Assembly (NCBI RefSeq): GCF_001194135.2
Contig: NC_068999.1
Coordinates: 32,657,003 to 32,721,002 of the forward strand
Origin: Octopus bimaculoides
Lineage: Eukaryota
Direction of reading: 5' to 3'
Length of the DNA: 64,000 nucleotides
The notes under the pieces are model-generated. The model was not told the origin of the DNA. It did not search any database and was given only the letters and a program-made list of their open reading frames with translations. The position numbers and the translations under genes are program-made. Positions 39,496 to 52,835 of the stretch are shown piece after piece (positions within the stretch are counted from its first letter, which is position 1; the number at the start of each line of letters is the position of its first letter).

Positions 39496-40580
39496 TAAAT
39501 TGTGCGCTGTACGAGTATTGCCATTGTGACAGCAGCGCATCCGACACGCTCGCTCTCTCTCACTCTCCCGCCTGTGGTCAGCCAGGCAACACAGTGACGC
39601 TCTCTGTACCTATATTACTATTTCGTCTCTTTAATCCATTATCTCTTGCACCCCATACTACAAGATGCCTCCAAAGAGGAAGAATACATCTTCACCTGCA
39701 GCAGGAAGTACCAAGAAACAACTGAGAGCTATTGACCTTGACACAAAAATGAAAATCATTACAGACTGCGAAGGTGGGAAAAAGGTGAGAGCTATCACAG
39801 ACGATACGGGCCTGGCACATTCTACCATCTCTCCTATTTTGAAGGATAAAGTTAAAGTGAAGGAGACAGCCAGAAGTTCGACAGGCTTTAAAGCATGCGT
39901 CACAAGACAACGAAAGGGTCTCATTCACGAGATGGAAAAGTTGCTGGCAATCTGGATTGACGATCAGATTCAAAAAAGCGTTTTCTCAAAGATTAATTCT
40001 GCTATGCTAGAACTTGAGGCGATGGATCCAAATTTTGAGCGATTTTCCAAGGTGGAAAGGCAGACAATTGAACTGTTCCAATGTTATCGAGAAATTTATG
40101 ACGAAAAAAGAAGATAACAAAGCAGATAACACTGACGGGATTTTTCATGCATTTTGATGTCAAGAATGAGTTGCTTTTGTAATCTTTATCCAAAGTAAAA
40201 CAAAGTTATTATGTTTGAGTTTCCTTTAAGCCTTTTCACCTTTTTTATATAATCCTGAGAAAAGTTTATTGGGCATCTTATGTACTAGGCCTGGAATCAC
40301 AAACATACTTACGATGTCTGAGCTACAATAATACAGTATCCATATCCTAACTTTTAAGGATTTCCTTGTGATAATCTTATTGTTACTTATTCATTTTTCA
40401 ACAATTTATGTTAGTGATTCTTGGCCCTGTACTGCATATACTTTATACAGTACGGTATTCTGTTTTTATATGTACATACAGTACACTATACCTATTAAAA
40501 AAAAAATACGTACCCTATGAATATTCGTTTAACGATGGGACTGTTGGAACGTAACTCAGTCGTTAAATGAGGACAGTTTG
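39496..40580 (+). mobile_element. Internally deleted Tigger/pogo DNA transposon
   Basis: Contains a Tigger-like ORF. The right end cgtttaacgatggg...gtcgttaaatgaggacagtttg|TA is a typical Tigger terminus. The left TIR is only weakly recognisable (taaattgtgcgctgtacgag at 39496). Confidence 0.85.
39665..40117 (+). CDS. 150-aa Tigger transposase deletion derivative: N-terminal HTH (psq/CENP-B-type) fused to the extreme C-terminus, no DDE domain
   Basis: IDLDTKMKII..CEGG....I....GLAHSTIS.ILKDK...RQR.GLIHEMEKLLAIWIDDQ matches the Tigger N-terminus. EAMDPNFERFSKV....QCYREIYDEK matches the Tigger1 C-terminus. Confidence 0.6.
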   Translation: MPPKRKNTSSPAAGSTKKQLRAIDLDTKMKIITDCEGGKKVRAITDDTGLAHSTISPILKDKVKVKETARSSTGFKACVTRQRKGLIHEMEKLLAIWIDDQIQKSVFSKINSAMLELEAMDPNFERFSKVERQTIELFQCYREIYDEKRR

Positions 40581-40679
40581 TATATATATATATATATATA
40601 TGTATGTATGCAATAATAAATCTCTGAACAAGATATAAACAGTAGCTGCACGACATTGTGAAGTATATTTACCACTTAA

Positions 40680-41650
40680 ATGTGGCTAACCCTTAAGGGT
40701 GGATACTACTTTATAAAATGCTATTTTATAAAATACTAAAGGCCTTTATATAAATAACCCTTCTAAACAAGTACCACCAAGAAAATATAAATATTATGTA
40801 AGGATTAACAATAATTTCTTAAACCTATAATATAATCCCTAAGTTTATATATAGAAGGATTAATGTAAAATTTGAATGTTCTATAACTTAAATATTCCTT
40901 TAACTGATACCAGACATCAGTCTTTTATTGATATTAGCTAAATAAGTAAAAATATAATTTTTAGTCCAATATATTTTGAATTTTTATACTTTTTCTATAA
41001 ATCTTCTTTATTGGTGTTAATAAACTAAATATGCTTTACCATAGCATTAGTAATTAAGCTATTTTATTTCTGTGGTATTCTGCCCTAATTGATTATTTTA
41101 TTTCATTTCTTTATGAATTTATTATTAGCCTTTAATTATTCATAAAAAAAATCAAGCTAATCTTTGTATCTCTATAAATTGATACTTAGCTTATATAAAA
41201 GTATACTGGTATATTCACTACATATATAAAAAAAAAAACTGCTTAGAATATAATTTTACTAATATATAATTAGAATGTTCTTTTGCCTTAATACTCCTTT
41301 ATAAATACCAATATATACCTATTAATCAATATTCACAGATATCCTCTGATGAGTTAGTATTTAAGTGTACAATATGTATAAATATTAAACTATTTTTGAA
41401 TAATTTATTTTCCTCCCTCTATTGTGGTAAAAAGTTTGGTGTATACTCAAAAGTATCCATAAATTTCTCTCCTTTTGTTAATATATTCTTCTTGATAACC
41501 CTCTGAATAGCCATAAACTTTATCTGTATACAATATAGCAACATTGTTTTAAAACATTTAACTATAGTACTACATGATAATGACTTCCCCTGTTTCATTA
41601 TCAATGGTCTGCTAGTGGGTGGCCCCACTTAGTTGTGAGCCAACATCTTG
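40680..41650 (-). mobile_element. Very AT-rich decayed element, possibly Penelope-like (GIY-YIG remnant)
   Basis: Short minus-strand peptide VYIGIYKG..R among many stops. Similarity is weak. Confidence 0.25.
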
Positions 41651-42889
41651 TTTTAAGTTTTCCTTTACCAAACCTCATGATTTTTATGACTATACCAGCT
41701 ATGATTTCTGTCTTGTCTGCTCTCTCAACCCTACCCCTAACAGATAACGCCCTTTATTTTTCTCAGCCTTAGATATACAAGGTTTGATAAACTAGTCTAT
41801 AAATCAAAACTGACCCCATAAAAAAAAAACAAATAAAATCAGTGACAGGCAGAGTCTTCTTGACAATTTATTTATTAGCTTCTATGTTGTAGTAGAGACT
41901 ACATGTTATTTGTCTATCTCCTTAACTTCTTGGAGATTTTAGGTTATATTATACTAATGTATCCATCTGTTCTAATTTAATTAAATTCTATGTCTTTGTG
42001 CAACTAAGAATTGCTCTGCATTTTAAATTGATGTAATGATTACATTGTTCAATTAATTGGAGTTGCATGAAACGATCGTACTGCATTACCTCTGGATATC
42101 CTTGTTGCTTATTTTGATTTTAATCACCTTACTTTGAAATTGTATGGATAATACCATACTAAATTCTCGTGCCTCAACTTAAGTACCATTTTCACCTGAA
42201 TCTATATATATATGAGAAAAAATAAGTTTAAAAAGAACAATTCAAACTTTTTTAAGGGTCCAAAAAGAGAGAAAAAATTATTTCCAATAAAAAATTCATC
42301 ATATTCATAAAAATCAGCCAGAGCAAGTATTAAGAATATGAAAATAACAATTAAATTCGTTATAGGTTTAAAGATACCATAAGCAAGTATAAAAATGGAG
42401 AAAATATGTTAAAATCAAAATTGAATTCAATACATACGCACTTTTCAAAAGACAATACAAATATTTAAGAAAAAAATAGAATTAGAGTTCTGCACTGTCA
42501 TTCTCATCGTTGTGAAGAATTTTTAGGAAGAACATCAAAAAAGTTATTAATAAAATTCCATAAGGAAAAACAGATGGGGTAATAAGGAAAAATTAAACTG
42601 GATATCTACAAACAAGTTGTAAAAGGGAAAAATAATAATAAGAGAGACAAAAAAGAAAGACATATCAATGTGTATGCAAGTCTATTTGTGCAAAAAACTA
42701 TAACTTAAAAAGTCTAATGGGTATATTAAAAAAATATTAAAAGATTGAGACAAAACATAATGTAAACAAAATCACGTGTGTCTAGCAGACATAAACTACA
42801 TGTTCACTAATGGAGAAAAGCCATAGAGAGTCAGACGTATACATATTTATATTGAAAACGAAAAAAAATATATTATTAGAAGCTTCTGA

Positions 42890-43065
42890 GCTTCTCTCAG
42901 TTTGACCATCCTGAGGCAATACTAGAAGACACTTGCCCAAAGTGCCACAATGTGGAACTGAACCTGGAACCATGTGATTGGGAAGTAAGTTTCTTACCAT
43001 ACAGTCATATCTATATAAGCACCAGCATGACCGCAGCCACTTGGCTGAAACACATAAATAAATAA
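42890..43065. mobile_element. SINE family A fragments (head on minus, tail on plus)
   Basis: gaagacacttgcccaaagtgccac...gaaccatgtgattgggaag, then gcaccagcatgaccgcagc...ggctgaaac. Confidence 0.75.
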
Positions 43066-43179
43066 ATACTTAGTTACTCAACTACACATCCATCTTATTT
43101 CTTTCCACTAACTTTAGACATCCACCAATTGCTTATCTTTGAATGCCAGACAACTTTACTATATTTTACATATATTCTA

Positions 43180-44380
43180 TCAGGTTAATTAAAAAGTAAG
43201 CAACGTTTTGAACCATGAAAAATTTGTACCAGACTTTTGCAGGGTTTTGAATTTTTTTTAAACATTGTTTTGCAGTTGTCTGATAATACAGACATAGACT
43301 TGCCCAAATGCATTAATAAATTAACATTGATATTCTTTTCACCGTTGTTACAATCATCTGAAATTGTCAAAGTGCAATATTAAAGCAACTGAAACTGCTC
43401 GCGTTATCAACAAAACATTTGGTGAGGAAATGACCAGTGAGTGGTCACCTCGAAAATGGTTTAAACTATTTCACAGTGGAGACTTGTGCCTTGAAGATCG
43501 TGAGTGTAGTGGACGCCCATCTGTCATTGATGACGGTCAATTAAAGACGATCATTGAGAAAGATCCATGTAAAACCACTCGAGAATTGGCAAAAGAACTT
43601 CAAGTTAGGCAGAAAACTGCCGGCAACCATTTGCATGTGTTCAGGAAGTCAAAAATGCTCAACAAACGGGTATCACATGATTTGAATGAAAATCAGAAAA
43701 TGTGCAGATAGGAAATTTGCTTATTGCTTCTTCTCCATAACCAAACCGATCCATTTTTCAACCGTATTGTAACTTGCGATGCAAAGTGGATTCTGTACAA
43801 TAGTAATAAACATTCCTCACAGTGGTTGAACCAAAATAAAGCACTGAAAACCTTCCCTAAACCCGAGCTCTTCAAAAAGAAGGTTATGATGACTGTTTGG
43901 TAGTAGACTGCTGTACTCATCCACTAAAACTTCTTAAAACTCAGAAAACCATTACTGCAGAAACCTATTGCCAAAATGAATGAAAACTGCTACTCTTCTG
44001 TCCTAGAAAAGGGCCAAACATTCTTCATGACAATACTCGACCACACATATCACTAATGACACTGCAGAAGTTGCGGGAACTCGGCTATGTTCTTCCCACC
44101 CAGCTTATACCCCTACTGACTACCACTGTTTCAAGAACCTTGATGGTTTCTTGCGAAAGGAGTTCAAAAATCAAACCGATGCTGAAAATGCATTCAATGA
44201 GTTCACCAGCTCCAGAACTCCAGATTTTTATATTACTAGAAGAAACAAACTTGTAACTTGTTGGCAAGAATGTGTTGATTGTAAGGGTATTTACTTTGAT
44301 GAATAAAATTTCTGCATTGTTGAAATATATTATGATGAATTTCACGTTTCAAAACATTGCTTACTTTTTACTCAGCCTGA
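43180..44380 (+). mobile_element. Near full-length decayed mariner (Hsmar1/cecropia-like), 1201 bp
   Basis: TIRs tcaggttaattaaaaagtaagcaacgtttt and the reverse complement of aaaacattgcttactttttactcagcctga match 26/30, with TA on both sides (43178-79, 44381-82). Transposase motifs: ATETARVIN, LED..CSGRPS..D, RIVTCDAKW, KKVMMTVW, LHDNTRPH, PTDYH.F, KLVTCWQECVDCKGIYFD. Confidence 0.95.
43364..44316 (+). pseudogene. Mariner transposase pseudogene
   Basis: Stops at 43709-43711 and ~43880, frameshifts, and a deletion removing the HPPYSPDL motif before the third catalytic D region. Confidence 0.9.
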
Positions 44381-45029
44381 TATGTATTTAGTGCAAAATC
44401 CTTTGTTTCCAACAGCAGAAACCTTAAATATATTCTTACCGGATTTTATTTTATTTTTTACCCCAAATCCTCCAACTTCAAACAAATGAAATGCCTGAAA
44501 TAACATTTATTTATTTTAGATTTTATATGACAATCTGTGAATGATAGAGATTGCTAAAGTACGTACCAGACCTGAATAAATACTGGAGTCCATTTTATCA
44601 ATGGAAAACCCATGAATGGTAGTGCTCCAGCTTAGTTGCATGGCAATGGCTGAAACCATTAAAAAAAAAAAAACATTTGTTGCTGTTGTTTTCTCTGACA
44701 GTTTTAAACAGCTTTATCTGGTATAGTTCTTTTAATGAGATTATTTTTAGACAGAGGTAATTAATATCTCTTTTTAATTAATAACAACATAAACTGTTTA
44801 ATTAGCATAACTTGATAACATTTACATAATTTGTGTAGCTAAAATAACAATTAACTTGTTAGAATGTTTTTTGTTGAGAATGGATTTGTTTACTTAGCAG
44901 CTGCCTGTTGATTTCAATAGAACACTGTGTGGCTGTTTCTATGGAACTTCATACCACCACACCCCCTCGTTGGACGAGTATCCTTGCATATTAGCAACCC
45001 TTACCTGTAGATTTCATTATACGGAATGA

Positions 45030-45208
45030 TTTTCATCTTATTTCGGTCATTGGACTGTGACCATGCTGGGGCACCACTTTCAAGGGTTTAGTTGGACAAA
45101 TCAACCCTAGTACTTATTTTTAAGTCTGGAACTTATTCTGTCAGTCTCTTTTGCTGAATTACTATGTTATGAGGATGTAAACAAGCCAACACTGGTTGTC
45201 AGGTGTAT

Positions 45209-45246
<38 letters not shown>

Positions 45247-45390
45247 TGGCTTCTTTCAGTTCCCATCTACCATATCCACTCGTAAGACTTTGGTCAGTCC
45301 AAAGCAACAGTTGAAGACACTAGTAGGACTGAACCCAAGACTACATGTTCGGGAAGCAAGCTTCTTAACCACATAGCGACACCTGTGCCT
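45030..45390 (-). mobile_element. Full-length SINE family A with internal (CA)n
   Basis: Tail cttatttcggtcattggactgtgaccatgctgg, (CA)n at 45208-45243, head ending cttcttaaccacatagc. Confidence 0.9.
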
Positions 45391-45589
45391 TAATCAGAGG
45401 AAGAATAACAGCACCCACTGATTATTTTCTGGGTCTCTTGGATGGTTGCAGGAAGGCAAAATATGTGGACTACATGTGTGTAACAGAATCGTCTCCACTA
45501 AAAACACCCACGAGCCAGGTTTTGGTATTAAACTGGATGATGGATTAAGTCCAGCCCACTTGGTACAGACCCAACCCATGTAATGGGCC

Positions 45590-45740
45590 TTTACACTGTT
45601 TTCATCTACCAAATTCATCCATATAAGGCATTTGTTGTCCTGGGGTTATAGTAGAGGACACTTACACAAAGTGCTATGCAGTGGAACTTCACCTGAAACA
45701 ATAGGGTTGCAAAGCAAACTTTGTGACCACACTGCCTTGC
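45590..45740 (-). mobile_element. Diverged SINE family A head
   Basis: catctaccaaattc...atagtagaggacactt...gggttgcaaagcaaact..gaccacac. Confidence 0.7.
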
Positions 45741-45770
45741 TTGTATATCTATAAAGGCAAATCACAAATA

Positions 45771-45805
<35 letters not shown>

Positions 45806-45871
45806 TATATATGTATATGTGTAAAGATGTATATGTGTATATAGATATATGTATGTATATGTAGGTGTGTG

Positions 45872-46128
45872 TCTTATCTTTTACTTGTTTAGCCATTAGA
45901 TTGTAGCCTTGCTGGAGCACCGCCTTCAAGACTTTTTAGCCAAAAGTATCAACCCCGGTACTTGTATTTTAAGCCTGGTACTTGCTCTACTGGTCTCTTT
46001 TGTTGAAAGGTTAAGTTATAGGGATGTAAATGCACCAACACCAGTTGTCAAATGGTGGTGGGAGACACCTTGCCCAAGGTGCCATGTGGTTAGGAAGCGA
46101 GCTTCTTACCACACAGCCATACCTGTGC
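45872..46128 (-). mobile_element. Internally deleted SINE family A
   Basis: Tail and body joined directly to the head (ggagacaccttgcccaaggtgccatgtggtt), lacking the microsatellite region. Confidence 0.85.
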
Positions 46129-47017
46129 TTATGTATGTAAAATTGAAATAATTATAGAAAACAAATTATTGATATTTCAAATCCTTCATTACAACTGTTC
46201 TGCTGATCTTATAAAATCCCATAACTTTATATTTAGAAATTAATATTTCTTTACAAACCCATGCCATGAAAGTATTCAAAATATAAAGTTCAATAAACTA
46301 TGCTTATATATCATGGAACCATGACTAAACAGAAATATGAGATAGAATGACCACATTTTATATTTCAAATACATTGTCTGATAACAGGTTTTGTAACCAT
46401 ATAATTTTATAAAGTTCTGAAATTTTATTAGATTAGTGAAATGCTCATAATGAAGTACTTAAAATAGCAATAATTTGTTTTATGTAATTAATTCAGTTTT
46501 ATGAGAAACTTCTCCTGTGTTATAGCCTCAACTCCAAATATATAGTTACAGGTGCTATATATATATATATATTGTATAATATTGGTGTGGGAGTTTAATG
46601 TTGTTTCGATATAAAGCCCTAATTCATGTACGTTGAAGCACATTATAAAGTACTTTACTTGTGTGTGTGTGTGTGCATATATATGTATGTATATTTATCA
46701 ACGGTATATGTATCCTTTGTGTGTGTGTACACACTCACACACACGAGTTTACAAAAATGTATCTGCATGCATGTCTGTCTTTTTGTGTGTGTGTCTCTCT
46801 CTCTCGCTTGTTGAGGTGATTTCCTTGTTTAATTATCATTAATTTTTCTATATCTCTCTATGATTTTGCTGCCACTCTTCTTATTGTTGTTTTTCTCTGT
46901 CTATATATATCTACTGATTACATTCTTTTTGATCATAGATGTGACTGCATACACACTCACACACACACAGTCTCTCACCAAGAACACACAACCCTCTCTC
47001 TCTCTCTCTCTCAATAC

Positions 47018-47084
<67 letters not shown>

Positions 47085-47087
<3 letters not shown>

Positions 47088-47301
47088 GGGGGTACTGAAA
47101 AGTTCTTGGCTTTAAGGATCTTGCAAAAGGCCTGGTTAGAGGCTCAACATTCCAAGTTCTTTTACAGGGTTTAGAAAAATTGAAGAACCACTGCTGTAAG
47201 TGCGTGAATCTGTGAGGGAAATATGTTGAATAAAATCAGAATTAACAGATCCTCCTGTATTTTCTTTTACCCAAACCAAGGAACTTTTCAGCACCCACTC
47301 G
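47085..47301 (+). mobile_element. Mariner-derived MITE (~217 bp)
   Basis: TIRs aagggggtactgaaaagttcttggcttt / aaaccaaggaacttttcagcacccactcg. The interior encodes a transposase C-terminal remnant, GLEKLKNH..KCVNL*GKYVE*. Confidence 0.85.
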
Positions 47302-47386
47302 TGTGTGTGTACATGTATAGGTATGTGTATATAAATGCATTTATACATTCCATACATTTATGTGCTACTGATTGTGCATGTGTGTA

Positions 47387-47420
<34 letters not shown>

Positions 47421-47519
47421 CCAATTTCCTATCAGACATTGAACATTCCACATGCTTGCGCTCACATCCATGATCCACACACACACAGTATTTGTTTACA
47501 CAGTATAGTCACAACCATC

Positions 47520-48830
47520 ACATAAGTTGTGATTGTAGTAACTATAAGAACCACATCGTCATCATCTCCACCGTCAGCACCTCCACCACTACCACTATCA
47601 TTACTATCACCACGACTACCATGACCACCACAATCTCTACAACAACCACATCACAATTATTATCATTGTGACCACCTCTGTCACTACAATCACTACCACT
47701 ACCATTACTGCCACCACCACCTGTACTGCTACCTCTACTATTGCTGCTGTTTCCGCTGCTGCTAGGTTACTGTTGTAGCACTTCACTATTGATCTGATGT
47801 GTTTAGCTGCAGGTGAGGTTGTGTATGTGTGTGTGTGTGTAAGCTGTAGTACTCTGGTAGTGACAGTGAAGTGTGGTATGTGTTGTAGTACAGGGAGTAG
47901 TGGTATTGAAATGGTGTCGGCTCTAGCACTGTGGTAGAGACAGGTGTGGTATGTGTTGTAATAAGTACTGTGGTAAAGACATGGGGTGGCATAGGTCGTA
48001 GTACTGTAAAGGAGGGAAAGAGGGAGGGGTGGGGAAGACACTGACTATACTTAACAGTAGAGAGAATAATAAAAATAAAACAGGAAGTGAAAGTGTGATG
48101 GTGGTGGTGTCAGTGGTTGTGGCTATGGTGATGGTGAGGGGTTGTGTCAGCAGTAGCAATTATGGTGGTGGCTGTGGCAGCTCTGGTAGTAGGGGTGGTT
48201 GTATTAGTGGTGGTTAAGGTAGTTGTAGTGGCAGGGCTGTGGTTGTAATGGTTGTGGTGGTGGTGGCGGCGTCGGTGGTATTTATGTTGGTTGTAGTTGT
48301 GGTATTGATGATTGTGTTATTGGTGCACACACTTCCAGTGTACCCCTGATGTGTGTGTGTGTAGAATGTGGAAAATACCACCATGTGAAATGTTTGTGCA
48401 TGTAGCAAGAGAGAGCGGGAGAGACAACAGTAACATGTACAGCTCCAGCCATATGTATTGACACGTCTATATATAGATCCAGGCACATACACGTATATAT
48501 ATCTGCACGTGCATACAAAAACATTTCTTTGCAGATACACATACATTTACATGCATCTTCGTAAACAGAAACACACACATACCTGTATGCACACACACAC
48601 ATATACCATCTTCATAGACTGACACAGACATGTCTGCATGTACACACATACATACAACTTTGCAGATAGATGCATGCATATGCATGCATTTTCACACACA
48701 TACGCACACCCCTACTTATACGCAAACACACATACCTGCTTCCATGTACATCTGCCTGCTTGCATATACACCTGCCTGAATACATACACAAACACACACA
48801 TTGCAGAACCAATGTTCAGTGTGTGTCGGT
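47520..48830. repeat. Low-complexity (CAC/GTG) tracts and degenerate (CA/TA) repeats
   Basis: Seen directly. It explains the T/V/H-rich pseudo-ORFs. Confidence 0.8.
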
Positions 48831-50897
48831 GTTTTAATACAAAGCTTTGAAGTGCTCACACGTTCATTTAACATCGTTGGTGTGCAGACGTCTGTCAAAG
48901 AGGGAGGAGGATGACAAAAGTATAACATAACAAAAGCAAGTCTCTAGCTGAGCTTGTCACCATAGCAACCAGAAGTGGATACTTACAAATTCTCTTTGTT
49001 GTTGTTGATTATTTAAAAAAAAAAAAAGTCTTGTTTATTGACAAACTTTTTAAAAGCTGGACTTAACACCAAATAATCAGTTTATCTCAGAAATAGCTAA
49101 ATTGTTTTTAGTATACAACATTTTCATTAGTAATTTGTTATTCAATCAACCAACACCCATTCCACCTCTCTTCCCCACTTTTTGCTTGATCCTTTAAGGT
49201 TCCAACCCCTGCTCGTTCCATAATATATTTAATTTTTTTCTTTTAAATTTAATTACACGCAATTCATATCTATTCTCTCTCCAATATCATATTTCATTAC
49301 ATATCTTATTTTATATGGAATATATATAATTATTATTATTATTATTATTTATTTATTCATTTATTTTTTGAAAATTAAATCACTGGCATTCAATTAAGTT
49401 TATTATTACCATATTCAGAAATATTCAAAGTTCAACAGAAAATATTAATACTGGTGATATTCACTTCCAGGTTTCCGTTCGCCACTGCCCACCCATATAC
49501 TTATGTTATTCCCACTACAAACTGGTAACTTATCATTACAGATTCCAGCTACCAATTAGACAGCAAAAAAAAAAATTCTTTTTTTTCTTTCTCTTTCTCT
49601 CTCTGTCTCACTCTTTCTGTATAACTTTGAAATATGGTAAATGTAGCAGTGTGCAAACCAACTTTCCATTTGGATTATCTTGTCAAACATTCATTCAATT
49701 TAATTCCAGGCATTTTTGTGTTCTTTACATTTTGTTATTATTTCTAAGAAAAACAAGAGAAGAAGAAAAATGTTTGAAATGCAGTGTATATGTTTATATA
49801 TATCTGTTCTGTTTCTTTCTGTATCTTTTCTCGATTCTTCTCAATGTATATGATTTCTGTGGAATATTATAGAAACATTAGTGTTTGATACTTCAGCAAG
49901 AACTCAAGATAAAAATAAAAAATAAAAAGATAGAAGATAAAAGAAAAATACATGGAACTAAATTACGCACCATTTTTCAAAGAATTGAAGTTTATCAGTG
50001 ATATTGATATCATCATCACTAACATTGTTGTTATCACCAGTACCAGTGCTGTCATTATTATCTTCACCCTCCTTATTTTCCTTATTGTAAACTTTGTTAG
50101 CCATTATGAAAGAATCAGTTGTTAATTTCCAAACACTGTGACATCATCTGTAATCACCCGAGATCTAATCGTGGTAAATTCCACCATATCGTTTTCATCT
50201 ATTATGCTTCTAAATTCTGTTGTGGATGTACCCAGAGACGATAACATCATCTGGAATCACATGAGAGCTCTCCCAAGTGATTGTCACTTGGCTGTGTATC
50301 TATTATGATTCTAACCTGTGCTGTGGATATACCCAGGATGTTAATGTCATGGTTACACTACCGGTTCAGGCATCGTGGGAAGACGGTCAGTTTTCGAAAA
50401 CATGTTGACACTATTACGTATGACATTGACTATATCTGCAATTCATTTGTAAGTTTTCTCAACCTTGTTTCTGATTAGAAAAAAAATACATGTCTATATT
50501 TGCTGTCTCTTGTGTTAGGTGTGTGTGAGAGTACTTGATCTCGTCAGCAACATCCCTGGGCTACCAATATGTGAATGGGGGAAAGGAAGCTCCAGTGCCT
50601 TGTTTAGGGAACACGACAGCAGTGAACGTGACGATAGCTCCCACCTTGACTCTCTAGCTCCCACCACACCTCTATAACCACCACCACACTACTACTACTA
50701 CTTCTGCTACTACACCCCCCTCAGAGTCGCCACTCCTGACACCACTACCACCACAGCCACCTCATCTACTCCCACCCACCCATCCACTCCCACAAACTCT
50801 TGTAAACTCTTGTATAGATATATTTCCTCTAAATGTTGTTGTTGAGAATTTAATAGTTGCACTTTGAACAGTAAGTTTTCAGCACAAATATACATAC

Positions 50898-50979
<82 letters not shown>

Positions 50980-51571
50980 ATGCATGTTTATGCATATATG
51001 TATACTCACATGTACATATCTGCATGCACAAACTTGCAAGCATGCACATGCTTACACATACTTGCAGGCACACATGTACATCCATACTTATACACACACA
51101 CACACGCACCAACATATACACATACATATATACATGAACACATACACCACACACATGCACACAAACTTATAGATACATTCATATACACACACATATCTGT
51201 ATACATATATCCACGCATACACACTCACCACTGTTGTTGTTGTTGTAGTTCCCCCCTCGTTGTTAAGAATCATTCAATAAGTTTTCCTTTCCATCGAAAC
51301 ATAACTGTCACTGCTACACCACCATCACCACAACCACCACCACTAAGTTCCTCAGTTGACATGAAAACTCTGTCAAAGAATTTCTGTGGATTTTCCATAC
51401 ACCTGACAGAAATACTGCAATTCCATCAATAATGGTAATTGTACAGAGTTGAGACTACTACTAGTACTACTACTACTACTACTACTACTAGTACTACTAC
51501 TACTACTACTATGTATTACAGCTTTAACTACTGCTGCCTTTACTAGTCCTACTATAGCCTCTACTACTACC

Positions 51572-51607
<36 letters not shown>

Positions 51608-52092
51608 ATATGTTCATGTGTATATGGGAATGTGTTTGTTCATATACCTATATATGTATGTACAAATGCATTTGTGTGAGAAGAGAGTGAAAAAAATTTA
51701 TTTAAACAAATATACATATGCATGCACACATACATATACACACACGAAACTATACATCCATTACTGAAATGACATTGGTATATGCACGCACTAATTATCT
51801 CAACATACACAGAGATGTACATATTAAATTATACTGCTACTACTTACACACTTACATACAAAAAATTGCTGCAACAAACATACTAACATGAATGCTGTGC
51901 ACATATATGCAACTCTTTGATATATAATCACTTACACACACATACCTGTGACAATCGTATATACACATAAGTGTAATATACACATGTAAAATCCATTTTC
52001 CTACTGTCTTGTTTCTGTGACAATACACTATTTTATGTACTCCATACACATCTACAGAAGCACAATCTACATAAATAAATAAGTATACACAC

Positions 52093-52129
<37 letters not shown>

Positions 52130-52835
52130 ACATTGTCGTAAACATTTCTGCATGCAAACATACACAAATGCTATAAAATACACATTTGAAAGCTCTCTTC
52201 CCCACCACATTCCTACTGTCAGATGTCTGTGACAGTATTATACAGCATATACACCACTGTCACATATACATACATCCATATTGTGCAGTGATCTGCAGAG
52301 ACATTCCTGCAGCTTGTGTGATGTAGATAACTGCACATGTCTTCAACTACCTTTTTGATGATTTCCTGGTGGATAGAAAAAGAATTCTTAAAGTATTTTT
52401 CACATCATGCTTTGCATTTGATTGGAGTTGACACCAGTAAATTGCTGATATATGTACTGGTTCTTTTATGCACTCTACTTTCATGTGGTATAGAAAGCAA
52501 AAACCAACCTTTGAAGGGATTGTTGTAGAAATTTGGATGTGGTCGGTGGGTTGAAAGAGATCTAACTTAACTATTATTGGGTTATTAACTGGGATTTAAC
52601 TTGGTTCTGGGAATGTGAAATATTGTCAAGAATCTCTAATGGAACAGTGATGTAATACATTCTTTGAATGTATTACATCACTGCTTCATTGCATGTTTGT
52701 TTAGATACATATATGTATTGTGTGTATATATCATATGTAGATATTATATTATATTATATTATATTATATGTAGATATGTATGACTAAAGGTATGAATGCA
52801 TAGTAAATGAAGGTTATGATTTATAACAGGTTTAA

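Noticed and set aside
49450-49525. Possible exon on either strand (54-nt plus-strand candidate; minus-strand GICNDKLPVCSG..)
   Set aside because: Splice signals are moderate, no peptide is recognisable and there are no supporting plus-strand partners.
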